64,000 bases of DNA, taken from Cenococcum geophilum (taxonomy: Eukaryota). Made by a program: the position numbers and the translations under genes. Below, one piece after another: positions 61,112-64,000 of this stretch. The DNA lies in the NCBI GenBank assembly GCA_050273025.1, contig CP158636.1:8990001-9054000 (forward strand), given 5' to 3'. Below the pieces are notes generated by a model, which saw only the letters and a list, made by a program, of their open reading frames with translations, did no database searches and was not told where the DNA came from. Each line of letters starts with the position of its first letter. The stretch's first letter is position 1.

Positions 61112-64000
61112 TGTAAGAGATATTATTGCAGACACCTTGGGTTGCCCTCAGGACAACCCCCGGACGCCCCTTAAATGGTCGCCAGTTACGTGCCGGAGGC
61201 ACGTGCCCGTAGTATATAGTCTCCACAATTCTAAAGGCCTTACCTCCTTAAGGATTTGTCTCTCTTACCAATCTATCCTATTCTAATCGTGTCCTTATAG
61301 CCCCCTATCTATAAGATCCCCTTATATTCAAATCCTTCCTACTCCTTTTTATAACTACTATTCTCCCTTAAAATCTCGCGATAACCTAAACGGAAACTCT
61401 ACGGATACCTTATAGAAAGCCGTTGCGTAAAGGTAGAAAGGTCCCTCTAATAGCGAGAGATTGTAACAATATAACCCTCTAGGTAAGACGGCTGAACGAG
61501 CCCTAATACCCAGATGCTCTAGGAGCTTAAAGACTCTCGCACACCTATAGTTACCGGCAACACTAAGGAAAATATAGACACCCTCTATAACGGTTATAAT
61601 ACTGCTAAAAAGTAGCCGGAACCCCTCTAGCCCTACCTAGGCCAATTAAAAGATTAAGCGCTAGAGGTAACTCTAAGATCTTCCCCTAAGCTAGAAATGC
61701 TAGAAGAATATACTAATGCGTCTAACTAGGGAACCAACCGGAACCCTCCCGGAAGACCACCAGCCTATAATTAGCATAGTAGCGGCGTATAGACTGCTTA
61801 CAAGCCAAGCGGGCCTACCCCTTTAGGTAATTTAAGCTAATTACTAACTTAAGACCCGAGCCTTATTAGAAAGCCTATACTAGCTACTAGTACTAACACT
61901 ACCTCTATAGTAGGAGCCTCCCTAGGCCTAAGTTTAGAAGGTTAAGAGCTCTATATTAATCTCCTTTAAAACGGATATTAGTAAGCTGTTATAAGGCTCT
62001 CGGAAGCTATATGGGAGGAAGCCACTAATAAATATATTAGAACCCTCTAAGGGTAAATCTAAATCTAATAGAGTCTAATCTAAGCTAGGTAAATTTTTTT
62101 ACAACCTAGTTAAGGCTAAGGGCTTCTTAGGAGCTACCTAGTACCTACCTAAGAAGGTATAGAAGACTTAGAGAGTTATTTACGCTATAAATGGAAAAAA
62201 GATATAAACCGACTGGCTAAGGCCTTTAGTAATTTAGAACTCCGCTATAAACCTAACGCCTAGCAATTAGACGATTAGGTTTATAAAATAGACAACTTCT
62301 TTAAAATATTAATAATACGAGATAATACCAAAGAGCGTACACGCTGGATTATCAGCAAGATTGAAGACCAATTACTAAACTAGATCGCATTTAATTAGCT
62401 TAATAAAGAGTAAATTACTATATAGCCACAGCTGTAAACCTTCCTAAAGAAATAGACTTAAGATCCGTATATAATATAATATAATAATATAGAGCTATTC
62501 TAGAATGGGATATAGCTAGACCACTATAACTTCTACTAGTTTATAAACTTTATAGAAACTCGTGCTTAGCAGATAGATCTAAAGCCCTTTAAAAATAAGA
62601 ATGGTAGCATTTATAAGAAGGAGAAGATCAGGTTTATCTAGGCTAGAATTAAGCTAGTAATTTATAATAAAATAAAGCGCGTAGAAGCCCTATCGCGGAT
62701 TACTATATATACGGATTTTAAACGAGTAGTTCTAAACACTAAAGATACGGTAAGGAACTAGACCTCTTCTAGTAGGAAGCTAGGGGGTCACTAGAAGTAT
62801 AGGCACTTTAGTAGTAATATAGGGTAGATCTAACCTTTAAAGAAGCCGTTCTTAAAGAGAACTTCGGAAGGGTTAAAGTTAGGAACCTTAAATAACGGGA
62901 AAGACTTTTAGGGTTAACCTAATACCCATCTAGCACCCTTATAGGAACACTCTAAGAAGTTAAAAGAAAACTCTAAAGGTAGATCCTATTAGAAAAATAA
63001 GTAGGGTAATAACCGTACTAATAATTTAAAAAAAAAGCCCTAGTTATAAACCTCTCTTGGCTGCAACTAGGGCAAGATATAAAAGGAGAAACTCTCCGTA
63101 TTACTATTAAGCCAGAAATAATACTCCCTATAGGTAAGATATAACAGTTCTAAGCACTATATAATAGCGGCGCCAAAATCAATTTTATATAATATAATTT
63201 GGTAAAAGAGCATAAACTCATCCTATTGTAAAGGTAGCGGAAACCTATTATAGGCTTCCTAGATAAGCATTGGATCAAACTATATAGTGCTTATAAGCTT
63301 ATAGTGTTAGTAGCTAATATATACAACCGCACTAAGGTGGTCAGCCCATAACCCTTCTAGGTAGCTAACTTTGTAGGTTATAACCTTATCCTTAAATACC
63401 CTTAGCTAGCGGAAGTAGATCCTAAGATATGCTTTAAAACTAGAGCCTTTAAATAATAGAACGATGAAGATTTAGAAAGGCGTATATTACTAATAAGCCT
63501 AAAGGATATCCTAGAGAATATAGCCCTAAGCAAAATAGTATACGCTCTACATCTAAAGGAGTATTAAATCTAACCCCTATTTAATAGTAAGATAGGTATA
63601 GAGCCTAGTATAGGTAATAACCCCTTTATAACAGAGACCCTATAGGGAACTACCGGATAGGTTATAGAGACATTATAGGGAGGCGGCGATTTTAAGAATC
63701 TTATAAGATACTTTAACCGCTATAGGTTACTCTAGCTTAAGCAATATATAGAGAGTATACTACAGCATCTTAAACGCTGCGTTAAGGAGTTCCTTACCCT
63801 TTATTAGCTACCGTATAAAACAGTTTAACGTATAGTAGCAACTATATATAAGTAACTACTATAGCGTATAATACTACCCGCGAGCATTCTAAGGGAGCTC
63901 TAGGACCTACCTAATAATAACACAGAGGATAAACGCAACCCCAATTTATTAAATATTTCAGTAGGCCTAAAAAACTTACTAAGGGTATTTTTAGGCAGGA
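61112..64000 (+). mobile_element. Ty3/Gypsy-like LTR retrotransposon, 5' part (runs off the window)
   Basis: Putative LTR TGTAAG...TGTAACA at ~61112-61468; degraded gag-like region; protease motifs ALYNSGAKINFI (~63154) and LILKYP*L (~63385), which are RIP forms of DSGA and LILGxPWL. Confidence 0.7.

Noticed and set aside
1..64000. Alternative genetic code (TAA/TAG read-through) or organellar/AT-rich bacterial DNA
   Set aside because: Stops coincide with Gln/Trp/Arg codons and differ between paralogous copies, and there are parallel missense C-to-T/G-to-A changes. This is the RIP pattern.

Overview
This is gene-free, AT-rich fungal (ascomycete-like) repeat DNA. It is made almost entirely of nested transposons degraded by repeat-induced point mutation (RIP): CpA/TpG is converted to TpA, and CAA/CAG/TGG codons read as stops. 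I found no intact host gene, RNA gene or CRISPR array. The listed ORFs are transposon remnants or artefacts of tandem repeats. Termini and target-site duplications (TSDs) resolve about 20 insertions: three copies of one chromodomain Ty3/Gypsy family, three other Gypsy elements, two full Ty1/Copia elements, a 2.3-kb Copia mini-element, a Tad1-like LINE, a two-ORF Tc1/IS630-like transposon, a Tourist-like MITE and two solo LTRs. The most unusual component is a set of five non-coding DNA elements with CRTCAG termini and apparent 2-bp TSDs, at 262-733, 34395-36098, 46490-50586, 47804-49720 and 51161-53241. The longer ones are built from ordered, partly palindromic tandem arrays, two sub-families share modules, and one is nested in another. 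All calls come from manual reading and RIP back-translation. No database searches were run, and internal domain coordinates are approximate.
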